This document shows positions 47,499 through 56,720 of a stretch of DNA of 64,000 bases, piece after piece. The stretch spans positions 54,428-118,427 of the IMG/VR virus record IMGVR_UViG_3300010355_001758. One strand, written 5' to 3'. The stretch is from a virus. Numbering within the stretch: the stretch's first letter is position 1; each line of letters begins with the position of its first letter. The translations under genes were made by a program, and so were the position numbers. The notes under the pieces are model-generated. The model was given only the letters and a program-made list of their open reading frames with translations, did not search any database and was not told the DNA's origin.

Positions 47499-49367
47499 AT
47501 GCGCTACCGCTTCCTGTGGGCCGAGGCCGAGGACTTCATGCCGTTCAAGTCGGTGCGGTTCGACCTCGCCAAGCTGCCCGGCTTGGTGATGGTCGCCGGC
47601 GACCGGGGGCCCGACCGGTCGAACGGTGCCGGGAAGTCGGCGCTGCTCGAGATGCTGGCGTACGCGTGGTATGGTCGGACGGTGCGGAAGATGGCCGCCG
47701 GCAAGGAGATCCGGCGCGGGGCCAAGGCCTGCGTCGTGCGCTCCGGCCTGCGACGGGAGGACGGCCTCGAGGTCGTCGTGGAGCGAGGCCGCGGCCCCTC
47801 CGGACCCTTCTGCCGCGTGTCCGGACTGGATGCGCGCGCCCTGGCGTCCGGGGCCCAGGCGGCGATAGACGGGCTCATCGGCGACTTCGACCTGTTCACC
47901 AGCACCGCCATGTTCACCGGCGAGGCGGCCTCCTTCTGCCGCAAGACCGACGCCGGGCGCAAGGAGCTGCTGGAGCAGATGCTGGGCATCCACGGTTACG
48001 AGGAGGCGTCCAAGAGGGCGAAGGACGGGAAGGACGCCGCCGAGGTCGAGGTGGCCCGCGCCGAGGGGGAGCTGACCTCCCTGCAGGGGCGATGCGAGCT
48101 GCTGGTCGAGCAGCGCGCCCAGCTGGCAGCCAACGCCCTGGCCAAGCGGGCGCGCCTCGTGGCCCGCCACCGGGAGGCCGTGGCCGAGGCCGTGGAGGCG
48201 GCCGACCACGCCGATCGGGCAGCCGCAGCCGTGGCCGAGTGGACCCGGCAGGCCGCCGCCAAGGAAGCGGTCGCCAGGAAGGCGCGGGAGGCCGCCCAGG
48301 AGCGCCAGGAGGCCGCCCAGGAGAGGATCGACGCCCTGACGGCCGAGAGGGCCGAGTGCTCGTCCAAGCAGGCCGTAGCCCTGGCGCGCGAGCGCGAGGT
48401 GCGCCGCCAGGTCGAGCAGCTGAAGTCCGGCGGCCACCCCGACGTCTGCCCCACCTGCGGGCAGCGGTGGGAGCAGGAGGCCGACCCGGACGAGGTGGCG
48501 AAGGTGCTGAAGCGCCTGGACGGCGACATCCTGGCCGCCCGCAGGGAGTCCGAGCCCTACCGGGCGCGCGTGGCCGAGATCGACGCCGAGCTGGAGGACG
48601 CCCGCCGCGAGAGGGGGCTCGCCGTGGCGGCCGAGAGGGCGGCCGTGTCCGACCTCAACTCCGCCGCCCTGCGGGAGCTGCTGGCCGACGCCGCAGAGGC
48701 CGAGGCCGAGCTGCGCCGGAAGCAGGAAGCCGTCATTCTGGCCGCCGAAGCCGTGCCGGAGGACCCGGAGCCGGACGAAGGACTTTCCGCCCTAGATCGG
48801 GAGCTTTCCGCCCTTCGCAGGCAGGAATCCGAGGTCATGGAGAGGGCCGAGGAGGCGCGGGAGCTTGCTGGGCGCCTGGACTTCTGGCGGAAGGGCTTCA
48901 GCCGCGCAGGCCTGCCCAGCTACCTCGTCGACTCGTCCGTCCCCGGCATGAACGCCGTCGTCGCCGAGGTCGCGGCCGCCCTGACCGACGGGGAGCTGAT
49001 GGTGCGGTTCGACGCCGCGGCCGCGAAGGGCAGCCAGAGCGTCCTCGCCGTCGAGGTCGACTACGCCGCCGGCGGGGAGGGGTTCGAGGCCGCCAGCCGC
49101 GGCGAGCGGACCCGCGTGGACGTGGCCGTTCTGTTCGCCCTGCGGGACGTGGCGTCCCGCGCCGGAGCCTCAGAGTGCGAGCAGCTGTTCCTGGACGAGG
49201 TCATGGACGGCGCCGACCCGCACTTCAGCCAGGCCTTCATCCGGATGCTCAGGAAGCGGTACCGCGACCGCCAGGTGGTGCTCATCAGCCACGACCCGAC
49301 GGTCGTGTCCCTGGTCGACCGCGTGGTCACGGTCCGCAAGAACGGGGACGTCGCCGTCTTGTCATAG
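47499..49367 (+). CDS. SbcC/Rad50-like SMC ATPase
   Basis: NGAGKS, CPTC zinc hook, SRGE signature, LFLDE, LISH. Confidence 0.9.
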   Translation: MRYRFLWAEAEDFMPFKSVRFDLAKLPGLVMVAGDRGPDRSNGAGKSALLEMLAYAWYGRTVRKMAAGKEIRRGAKACVVRSGLRREDGLEVVVERGRGPSGPFCRVSGLDARALASGAQAAIDGLIGDFDLFTSTAMFTGEAASFCRKTDAGRKELLEQMLGIHGYEEASKRAKDGKDAAEVEVARAEGELTSLQGRCELLVEQRAQLAANALAKRARLVARHREAVAEAVEAADHADRAAAAVAEWTRQAAAKEAVARKAREAAQERQEAAQERIDALTAERAECSSKQAVALAREREVRRQVEQLKSGGHPDVCPTCGQRWEQEADPDEVAKVLKRLDGDILAARRESEPYRARVAEIDAELEDARRERGLAVAAERAAVSDLNSAALRELLADAAEAEAELRRKQEAVILAAEAVPEDPEPDEGLSALDRELSALRRQESEVMERAEEARELAGRLDFWRKGFSRAGLPSYLVDSSVPGMNAVVAEVAAALTDGELMVRFDAAAAKGSQSVLAVEVDYAAGGEGFEAASRGERTRVDVAVLFALRDVASRAGASECEQLFLDEVMDGADPHFSQAFIRMLRKRYRDRQVVLISHDPTVVSLVDRVVTVRKNGDVAVLS

Positions 49368-49392
49368 ACCGGGCCTCTGCTAACCTAGCGGC

Positions 49393-49875
49393 ATGCTTGT
49401 CGCCGGGATCGACCCAGGAGTGTCCCCCGCCGTCGCCTTCGTGGGCGACGGGGCGGCGTTCGCCGAGCGCATCCCGCAGGTCGGGCACCTCTTCGACGAG
49501 AAGGCCCTGCGCAAGGTCCTGAGGCTCCACCGCCCGGCCTGCGCCGTCGTCGAGCTGGTGGGTCCCATGGCCGGGCAGGGGCTGTCCTCCACGGCGCACT
49601 TCATGGCCGCCTGGGGCCTCATCCGCGGCATCCTGTGCGGGATGGGCATCCGGTACGACCTCGTCACCCCGCAGGTGTGGAAGCGGGACGTACTACCGCC
49701 GTGCGAGGAGTCGGACCCCGGCAAGCGCAAGGCGGCGCAGAAGGCAGCCGCAGTCGCCCTGGTGGCGAGGAAGTACCCCGGCATCGTCCTCGTGCGACCC
49801 AGGTGCCGCACGCCTGACCACAACCTGGCCGAGGCTGCGTGCCTCGCCCACTGGAAGCTCCATGGCCAAGACTGA
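49393..49875 (+). CDS. RuvC-like Holliday junction resolvase
   Basis: AGIDPG, VVE, VTPQVWK, NLAEAACLA. Confidence 0.8.
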   Translation: MLVAGIDPGVSPAVAFVGDGAAFAERIPQVGHLFDEKALRKVLRLHRPACAVVELVGPMAGQGLSSTAHFMAAWGLIRGILCGMGIRYDLVTPQVWKRDVLPPCEESDPGKRKAAQKAAAVALVARKYPGIVLVRPRCRTPDHNLAEAACLAHWKLHGQD

Positions 49876-50533
49876 ACCGCCGTTTCACGCGCCGCCGCCC
49901 GACGATGAGGACAAGCGAATGGAGTCGGCGCTCACGCCGGCCGACGAGGAGATCTGCCAGAACATCGTCGTGTTCGGCGTGGAGTACCTGCGCGTCGCCA
50001 AGGGGTGGACCGGGTACGCGGCCGAGAAGTTCCTCAAGCGCGTCCAGGTCCGGAAGCACATCGAGACCCTGCAGAAGCAGTACACCGACCGCACCGGCAT
50101 CCAGGAGCGCACGCAGTTCTTCGCGCAGCTGAAGATCAACACCATGGTCCCGGCGGCGATCAACACCTTGGCCAAGGCGCTGCGCGGGCCGTACACCGAC
50201 CCCAATACCGGCAACGTCGTACCCCCGCCGGCGCGCGGGCAGTTCGACGCCGCCCTGGAGGTGCTGAACCGCGCCAACATCCAGGGCAGCAAGTGGGGCG
50301 GCAACGATTCCGTGCCCGCGATCGACGCCCGCACGGTCAACCTGGCGCTCGGCAGTGCGTCCGATCCGCTCAGCGGCCTGACCGGCACCGGGCGCGAGAA
50401 GCTGCGCAGTCTGCTCTCCGCCGTGGCCTCCCGGGCGCGCTCGGTGGCCACCGCCGACGCCGAAGTGCGCAAGCGCGTGCGCGATGTCGCCGCCGCCGCC
50501 GAGACCGACGACGATTCGGAGCGCGACCGGTGA
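49862..50533 (+). CDS. Putative terminase small subunit
   Basis: Coupled immediately upstream of the large terminase; helical. Confidence 0.5.
   Translation: MAKTEPPFHAPPPDDEDKRMESALTPADEEICQNIVVFGVEYLRVAKGWTGYAAEKFLKRVQVRKHIETLQKQYTDRTGIQERTQFFAQLKINTMVPAAINTLAKALRGPYTDPNTGNVVPPPARGQFDAALEVLNRANIQGSKWGGNDSVPAIDARTVNLALGSASDPLSGLTGTGREKLRSLLSAVASRARSVATADAEVRKRVRDVAAAAETDDDSERDR
49872..49888 (+). repeat. Dispersed 17-bp quasi-palindrome
   Basis: CTGAACCGCCGTTTCAC; supplies the resolvase stop and codes TEPPFH in the next gene. Confidence 0.9.
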
Positions 50534-52479
50534 TCGATCGAGCGGAGCTGCGCAAGGTCCTAGGCGACCTACCAGAGCTGGAGACGCTGACCGAGGCCGA
50601 GCTCGTCGTATTCCAGCAGTGCCTCGACGAGATGGTCGAGTCGGGGTCGTCGCCCCTGGCGGCCTCGCTGGTCCTGACGGACTACAAGTGGGAGCCCGTC
50701 AGCATGGCGCAGTTCCTCAGCGACCCGTATTACGCCGGCGAGCTGACCCACGACCTGTTCCCCGCCTGCCGGGGACTGCTGATCGAGGCGTTCGATAACG
50801 GTCGCCGGCCGACCGAGCTGGTGCTGGCCGGGGCGACCGGCTGGGGCAAGACCACCTGCCTGTCGCTGTGCTGCATCTACCTCGCCTACCGCCTGACCTG
50901 CCTGCGCGACCCTCACGACTACTACGGGCTGATGAAGGGCGCCCCGATCGTGCTGGGCCTGTACTCCATCAACCTCGACCAGGCGTTCGACACCGTCTAC
51001 GGCAAGGTGCTGAACTGGGTCGATGCCATCCCGTACTTCTCCGAGAAGTCCCCGCGGGTGAAGCGCATCAGCAGCAAGATCAAGTTCGCCCAGTCGCCCG
51101 TCGAGATCATCGCCGGGTCGAAGGAGCTGCACTCGATCGGCAAGGACCTGTTCTTCGCCGGTATCGACGAGGCCAACTTCATGATGGCTGCCAACGGCGA
51201 TGTGGACGAGGGCGTGGCGTCCGCCATCTACACCTCGGTCAGCCGCCGCCTCAAGTCGCGCTTCATGACCAGCACCGGTGAGCCCGCCGGCATGGCCGTG
51301 ATCTCCTCTTCCAAGAGGACCAAGGCCAGCTTCGTCGAGAACCACCTGCGCGATAACCAGGCCGACGTCGCCTCCGGCCTCATCAAGGTGGCCGCCTTCA
51401 CGCAGTGGGAGGTGCGCGACCCGCGCCGGTTCACCCGCCCGAAGTTCCGTGTCCAGCTCGGCGATCGCGTGCACCCCGCCCGCGTGCTCCTGGACGGCGA
51501 GGACCCCCGGCCAGGCGCCGAGGTGATGACGGTCCCCGGCGAGTACCGGCGCGACTTCGACCAGGACATCGACAAGGCGCTGCGCGACATCGCCGGGGTG
51601 GCGTCCGAGAGCATGGTGCCGCTCCTCCACGATAAGTCGTGCCTGGCGCGTTGCGCCGCCCTGGCCACCCATGTGCACCCGTTCACGCGCGAGGTCATCA
51701 ACATCTCGACCGACGACGACATCGGGATCGACGCCTACCTGCGCCCCGAGCTCCTTTTCAAGATCGTCCGTAGCTCGTACCGGTTGCGCCTGAATCCCGA
51801 GGCCGCCAGGTATATCCACGTCGACATCGGCCTGACCGGCGACTCGATGGGTATCGCCATGTCGCACATCTCCGGGTTCAAGACCGTGAAGCGCCCGCGC
51901 AAGGACGGCACCTGGTACGAGGACAAGGCCCCGGTGCACGTGGTCGACTTCCTGCTCAAGGTGCGGCCGCCGCAGATCGGCGAGATCGACCTCGGGAAGG
52001 CGCGCGCCTTCCTCATCGCCCTGCGCGACTACGGGGTGCCGATCTGGCGGGTCAGCTACGACGGCTTCCAGTCTCGCGACAGCGTGCAGATCATGCGCAA
52101 GCTGGGGTTCGACTCCGTGGTGTATTCCGTGGACCGCACCGACGAGGCCTACCTGTCGCTGAAGCAGGCGTTGGTTGAGGAGCGCATGATCGTGTACCAC
52201 TACCCCGAGTTCGTGCGCGAGATCAGCGAGCTGGAGCGCGACCTGGACCGCGGGAAGGTGGACCACCCGCGGGTGTCCTCGTCCACCGGCCAGCCCGGGT
52301 CGAAGGACGTCAGCGATGCCCTGGCCGGGTCCATGTGGAACGCCTTGTCCGACAAGCGTCTGGCGTTCCCCAGCCTGGCGCGCACCTCGGCTCCCGGGGT
52401 GGACAACGTGGGGGCGAAGGTCGCGGTCCCCGGCGGCACGATGCTGTGGTCTGACCTCGAGAAGGAAGTACGCTCGTGA
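50530..52479 (+). CDS. terL: Terminase large subunit
   Basis: Walker A GATGWGKT, Walker B GIDEANF, ISSS, nuclease HVDIG, YDGFQS, KVDHP...SKDVSDA. Confidence 0.88.
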   Translation: MIDRAELRKVLGDLPELETLTEAELVVFQQCLDEMVESGSSPLAASLVLTDYKWEPVSMAQFLSDPYYAGELTHDLFPACRGLLIEAFDNGRRPTELVLAGATGWGKTTCLSLCCIYLAYRLTCLRDPHDYYGLMKGAPIVLGLYSINLDQAFDTVYGKVLNWVDAIPYFSEKSPRVKRISSKIKFAQSPVEIIAGSKELHSIGKDLFFAGIDEANFMMAANGDVDEGVASAIYTSVSRRLKSRFMTSTGEPAGMAVISSSKRTKASFVENHLRDNQADVASGLIKVAAFTQWEVRDPRRFTRPKFRVQLGDRVHPARVLLDGEDPRPGAEVMTVPGEYRRDFDQDIDKALRDIAGVASESMVPLLHDKSCLARCAALATHVHPFTREVINISTDDDIGIDAYLRPELLFKIVRSSYRLRLNPEAARYIHVDIGLTGDSMGIAMSHISGFKTVKRPRKDGTWYEDKAPVHVVDFLLKVRPPQIGEIDLGKARAFLIALRDYGVPIWRVSYDGFQSRDSVQIMRKLGFDSVVYSVDRTDEAYLSLKQALVEERMIVYHYPEFVREISELERDLDRGKVDHPRVSSSTGQPGSKDVSDALAGSMWNALSDKRLAFPSLARTSAPGVDNVGAKVAVPGGTMLWSDLEKEVRS

Positions 52480-52492
52480 ACCGCCGTTTCAC
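52476..52492 (+). repeat. Dispersed 17-bp quasi-palindrome
   Basis: GTGAACCGCCGTTTCAC; supplies the terL stop, then AGGAG RBS. Confidence 0.9.
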
Positions 52493-52503
52493 AGGAGACC
52501 GTC

Positions 52504-54366
52504 ATGCCCGCTGAGCCAGGACCCTTCGGATGGGTCTCCAACCTGTTCCGCTGGAGCGCCGCCGACCACATCATCCGCGGCCAGGGCGGCCCCCTGCCGC
52601 CGCCCAAGTCCCGGCCGTTCGACCCCACCGAGCACGAGATCTACCAGGGTCTCGCCGACGGGTGGCTCCACGGAACCGTCGGTGCCGCCCTCAGCTCGTT
52701 CTTCAGCGAGCCGCGCACCCGCAAGGAGCTGTACGTCCTGTTCGAGAAGATGGATATGACCGACGTCTGCGGTGCGGTGCTGGACCTGTACGCCGACGAC
52801 GCCACCCAGCCCGACCCGGACAAGCTGCGCACCATCTGGGTCGAGGGTTCCGATGCCATCGTCGCCGCGTCCATGGACATGCTGCGCCGGTTGAACGCCG
52901 AGGAGGAGATCACCGCGCTGACGCGCGACATCGCCAAGTTCGGCGACGACTTCGAGCGCCTGGTGTACCGCAGCGGGCCGGATGGCGGGGTGCGCCGCAT
53001 GCTCCCCGTGCCGCCCATCAACGTGACCCGCCGGGAGGACAAGGAGGCGCGCCTGCTCGGCTACGTGCAGGTGGGCAAGAAGTTCCGCAACGATAACTCC
53101 GACACCAGCTACCCGTGGGACTTCGCCCACTTCCGCCTGCGCGGTAAGGACCGGCGCTACCCCTACGGCACCTCGATCCTCCACAACGCCATCCGGCCGT
53201 GGAAGCAGCTCATCGTGTTCGAGGACTGGATGGTCGGCTACCAGATCAACAAGCAGCCCGACCGGAACATGATCCTCCTCGACATCGGGACGGCGAGCGA
53301 CGTGGAGGCCGGCGACGTGGCGAGGCGGTTCCGCCAGAAGCTGCGCCGCCACATGATCATCGACCCCGGCAGCACGACGCCCCGCGGCGCCATGGGGCAG
53401 CGGTTCGATCCGTGGTCGCCGATGGACGACCTCATCGTCCCCATGCGCCCAGACTCGCAGACGCGCATCGAGCGCCTGTACGGGTCGTCGAATGCGACCG
53501 ACGTGACGCCGTTGCATTTCACCCTCGACAAGCTGTACGCCGCCCTGCGCGTGCCCAAGGCGTTCTTCGGGATCGACTTCCAGGGCGGGGTGCCGGTCAA
53601 CATGAAGGCCAGCCTGGTGAACCAGGACGTCCGCTATGCCCGCGGCGTGAAGCGCCTGCAGCGGGCCGTGAAGGCTGGCTACCGGTACCTGTGCGAGCTG
53701 AACCTGATGCTCCTCATGTCGCCCGGCGAGGGCGCGGCCGCGAACGCCGATGACGGTCTGCTGAACGCCCTCGACTGGCGCCAGGAGGGGAACGACTTCG
53801 AGGTGCACATGGCGCCCATCTCGTACCTGGCCGAGCTGGAGCGGCTCGAGGTCGAGCAGATGCGCCAGCAGGTGGCGCTGGCCATGTTGGAGCTGGGGGC
53901 CAACAACCCGGCGGTCGACGTGGCGATGTGGTCCGAGTATGTCCTCAAGGAGATCTGCCAGATCCCCGTCGAGGTGCTGGATGACGTCATCCGCGAGATC
54001 GACCCCAACGCTGTCGACGCGATGCGCTTCAACATCCCGCCGGAGGCTCAGGCCCAGGCGCAGGAGGCGCGCAAGCACCATGCTCGTGGGCTCATCGGGA
54101 AGAACCTCAACGAGGATCAGATGGCGCAGCTGGCGGCCGCCCTCAAGGCCAGCCCCAAGCTGCGGGAGGCCATCTCCCGGGCGCGTATCGTGTTCGACCG
54201 CGAGGATGCCCTGCCCGACACGCCGCTGGCCCCCAGCCTGCTGCCGTCGCGGGACAACGAGCTGTTCAAGAAGGGCTACCTGTCCGACGTGCTGACCGAG
54301 TCCGACGTGGCCGAGATGGTCGCCGAGTCGCGGCGAGAGGCGGGGTCCAATGCCGAAAGCGATTAG
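52504..54366 (+). CDS. Portal protein (T4 gp20-like)
   Basis: LDLYADD, AHFRL, PYGTSIL, KQL..ED, IDIG-like LLDIG, KLYAALRVPKAF; follows terL. Confidence 0.85.
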   Translation: MPAEPGPFGWVSNLFRWSAADHIIRGQGGPLPPPKSRPFDPTEHEIYQGLADGWLHGTVGAALSSFFSEPRTRKELYVLFEKMDMTDVCGAVLDLYADDATQPDPDKLRTIWVEGSDAIVAASMDMLRRLNAEEEITALTRDIAKFGDDFERLVYRSGPDGGVRRMLPVPPINVTRREDKEARLLGYVQVGKKFRNDNSDTSYPWDFAHFRLRGKDRRYPYGTSILHNAIRPWKQLIVFEDWMVGYQINKQPDRNMILLDIGTASDVEAGDVARRFRQKLRRHMIIDPGSTTPRGAMGQRFDPWSPMDDLIVPMRPDSQTRIERLYGSSNATDVTPLHFTLDKLYAALRVPKAFFGIDFQGGVPVNMKASLVNQDVRYARGVKRLQRAVKAGYRYLCELNLMLLMSPGEGAAANADDGLLNALDWRQEGNDFEVHMAPISYLAELERLEVEQMRQQVALAMLELGANNPAVDVAMWSEYVLKEICQIPVEVLDDVIREIDPNAVDAMRFNIPPEAQAQAQEARKHHARGLIGKNLNEDQMAQLAAALKASPKLREAISRARIVFDREDALPDTPLAPSLLPSRDNELFKKGYLSDVLTESDVAEMVAESRREAGSNAESD

Positions 54367-54928
54367 GAATCCCGAGCTGCCGACGCACCGCGTGTCCGAG
54401 GGCGACACCGGGAAGCTCGGTTGCACCACCTATGGGGCGTACGGCGGCGGACCCACGTCGACCCTGTCGCTGCTCGCCGTGGACGTCATCGAGGCGCTGG
54501 CCCGAGAGGGCCTGTCGCTGGAGCAGGCCCAGAAGTTCCTCTGGGCGTTCGGCCGCGTGGCGCAGGACTTCATGCTGTCCGGGAAGGTGATCGCCATTCC
54601 CCATATGGGCATGCTGTTCGTCCAGCAGCAGCGGACGTTCCTGCGGACGACCGAGCTGTCGCAGGCCATGCGGAAGGCCGGGCGGACGCGGCTGGCAGAC
54701 AAGCTGGCCGAGAAGGACCGCCAGATGGTGCTCCGCAACCAGGTCGTGTTCCGGACCACGTTGCACCTGCGCAACTTCTTCGACGACTGCGGCGTGCCGT
54801 GCGGTCCGTGGAAGCACTATGTCAGGGCCGAGTCGACGCGCCTGAAGGCGCGTAAGCGTGGTCTGAACCCCTTTGCCCAACGTCGTCCCAGGAGAGCCGC
54901 CATCGCGGTCGGAGGAGAAGCGTCATGA
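54350..54928 (+). CDS. Divergent HU/IHF-like DNA-binding protein
   Basis: IEALAREGLSLEQAQKFL...SGKVIAIPHMGMLFV...VVFRTTLHLR follows the HU pattern. Confidence 0.5.
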   Translation: MPKAIRNPELPTHRVSEGDTGKLGCTTYGAYGGGPTSTLSLLAVDVIEALAREGLSLEQAQKFLWAFGRVAQDFMLSGKVIAIPHMGMLFVQQQRTFLRTTELSQAMRKAGRTRLADKLAEKDRQMVLRNQVVFRTTLHLRNFFDDCGVPCGPWKHYVRAESTRLKARKRGLNPFAQRRPRRAAIAVGGEAS

Positions 54929-55095
54929 CCGATTCCCGTGAACCGCCGGTTCAGGTGAAGCCTCGCCCCGGCCTGCTGGTCGAGGACCGGAACGCCGCCG
55001 TGCGTACCGAGCCCGACGGCCGACAGACCATCGTGAAGGTGCCCAGCCGTCCGGCTGAGGCCGACCGCCAGGGCGTTTCCGAGTCGAAGATTTGA
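54925..55095 (+). CDS. Small hypothetical protein (56 aa, not in ORF track)
   Basis: GGAGG RBS, ATGA overlap, MTDSREPPVQVKPRPG... Confidence 0.45.
   Translation: MTDSREPPVQVKPRPGLLVEDRNAAVRTEPDGRQTIVKVPSRPAEADRQGVSESKI
54938..54954 (+). repeat. 17-bp motif variant
   Basis: GTGAACCGCCGGTTCAG. Confidence 0.8.
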
Positions 55096-55120
55096 CCCTC
55101 CAGCCGTTCGTCGGTAAGGT
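55092..55120 (+). promoter_or_regulatory. Putative promoter (leaderless)
   Basis: TTGACC-N17-TAAGGT, 6 nt before ATG 55127. Confidence 0.55.
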
Positions 55121-55126
55121 GTAGCC

Positions 55127-55714
55127 ATGTTGGCCGACGTCCGATTCGGTTTCGGGGAACACGGGCACCTGAGTGGCCGTCCATGCCTCATCGGCGTCGT
55201 CGATGACGGGACCACGACCTGTCGGGTCGACATGCTGACGCTGCCGTCGCGTATGCCCGGCCTGCCCATGCTGTTGATGGTCATGCCGCGGTCGATGGAC
55301 GAGCAGCGGGCCGAGGCGCTGGTGCACCTGTACCGCGACCTCACCGCCCTGGGCCGAACCGTGTACACCTGCGTGCGCCCGCTGGTGCCGCTTAGGGACG
55401 CGAAGCTTGCGCACACCAGCATCCTCAGGGTCCTCGATGCCGACGATTTCGGATTCCCGCCCGACTGCGACGACCGGTACCTGAGCGTCAGCGTCCACTG
55501 TTGGCCCGGCAGTCACGTCATGGAGCGGCTATCGCGCATCCCGGCCGACCAGGGGCGGTACCTGTTCGTGGACGGCGAGGAGTTTGGCGCCGCCAAGGTG
55601 TGGCTAGGCAGCGAGGACCCGTCAGCGGCCGCCTGGACGCTCCAGAAGCCACACGATATGAACGACAACCTCGAGCCCGCCGAGCTGGACGAGATGCTCG
55701 TCAGGGGGCGATGA
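55127..55714 (+). CDS. Hypothetical protein
   Basis: 195-aa ORF coupled to the ParB-like gene. Confidence 0.55.
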   Translation: MLADVRFGFGEHGHLSGRPCLIGVVDDGTTTCRVDMLTLPSRMPGLPMLLMVMPRSMDEQRAEALVHLYRDLTALGRTVYTCVRPLVPLRDAKLAHTSILRVLDADDFGFPPDCDDRYLSVSVHCWPGSHVMERLSRIPADQGRYLFVDGEEFGAAKVWLGSEDPSAAAWTLQKPHDMNDNLEPAELDEMLVRGR

Positions 55715-56367
55715 TGGCGAAGACCCCGCAACCCAAGGCCGTCGTCTCCGGGTCGTATAGGCTCGTCCCGGTCGACGACCTGGAGCCCAACCCGAAGAAC
55801 CCCAACCGGCAGAGCAAGTACACCCACAAGAAGCTGGTGCAGTCCATCAAGGACTTCGGGTTCACCGACCCCGTCATCGTGCGCCGCATCGGGTCTCGTA
55901 TGCAGATCGTGGGCGGTGAGCACCGCTGGCGGGCGGCGCAGGACCTGGGGATGCCGGAGATCCCCGTCATCGACCTGGGGCCTATCGCCGAGCATGAGGC
56001 CTCCCGGCTCATGATCGTCCTCAATGAGACGCGCGGGCAGCCCGACCAGGACGCCCTGGCGGCGTTGATCCAGGGCATCCGCGACGAGGTGGGCGAGGGC
56101 GGGTTGAGCGTGCTGCCCTACTCCGAGGCGCAGCTGGCCGACTTCCTCGACGAGGACCCCGTCGTGCCCGTCGCCGAGGACGAGCCCGTCGCCCCGCAGG
56201 GGCCGGTGAAGCTGAAGCCCGCCGACCTGCTGGCCGTGCTCGAGCTGCGCGCCGCCGACCAGGCAGGCCTGCAGCAGCTCCTCGACGGCCTGCGAACCTG
56301 GGCCCGCAGCAGGGCCCCCGATGCGCCTCCAGCCTGGCAGGGGCTGCTGGAGCGCCTGGAGGGTTGA
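55711..56367 (+). CDS. ParB/Srx N-terminal-domain protein
   Basis: PNPKNPN, LVQSIKDFGFTDPVIVR, IVGGEHRWRAA. Confidence 0.85.
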   Translation: MMAKTPQPKAVVSGSYRLVPVDDLEPNPKNPNRQSKYTHKKLVQSIKDFGFTDPVIVRRIGSRMQIVGGEHRWRAAQDLGMPEIPVIDLGPIAEHEASRLMIVLNETRGQPDQDALAALIQGIRDEVGEGGLSVLPYSEAQLADFLDEDPVVPVAEDEPVAPQGPVKLKPADLLAVLELRAADQAGLQQLLDGLRTWARSRAPDAPPAWQGLLERLEG

Positions 56368-56393
56368 CGGTTTCCGGGGAACCCGGATAGGAT
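56364..56393 (+). promoter_or_regulatory. Conserved promoter-like element, copy 2
   Basis: TTGACG-GTTTCCGGGGAACCCGGA-TAGGAT, 6 nt before ATG 56400. Confidence 0.6.
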
Positions 56394-56399
56394 GCGGCC

Positions 56400-56720
56400 A
56401 TGCCCACCGCCTCCCAGGTCTACCTCGCCCTCGACCTCCTATCGACCCTGCCCGAGGACCTCCGCAACTCGTCCACGTTCGCCCTGCGTAAGCAGGCGAC
56501 CGAGATCCTGGCCGCCGCCCTGACGACCGACGGGTGGACCGGTGCCACCAATGCGTGCAACGATTACGGACGTCCGCCCGTGGTGACCGACCCTCAGGCG
56601 CAGAAGGATGCCCTGACCGTCGTCGCCGTGCGGACCGCCCTGCTCGACAAGGCCGCGCCCGATGCCGACGTGGGGCGCACCGTGCGCCTCCTCATGGAGC
56701 GACTGGAGCAGCAGGGATGA
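56400..56720 (+). CDS. Hypothetical protein
   Basis: ATGA-coupled to RecQ. Confidence 0.55.
   Translation: MPTASQVYLALDLLSTLPEDLRNSSTFALRKQATEILAAALTTDGWTGATNACNDYGRPPVVTDPQAQKDALTVVAVRTALLDKAAPDADVGRTVRLLMERLEQQG

Noticed and set aside
48783..48814. CTTTCCGCCCT direct repeat at 21-bp spacing
   Set aside because: Matches the LSAL heptad repeat in the Rad50 coiled coil.
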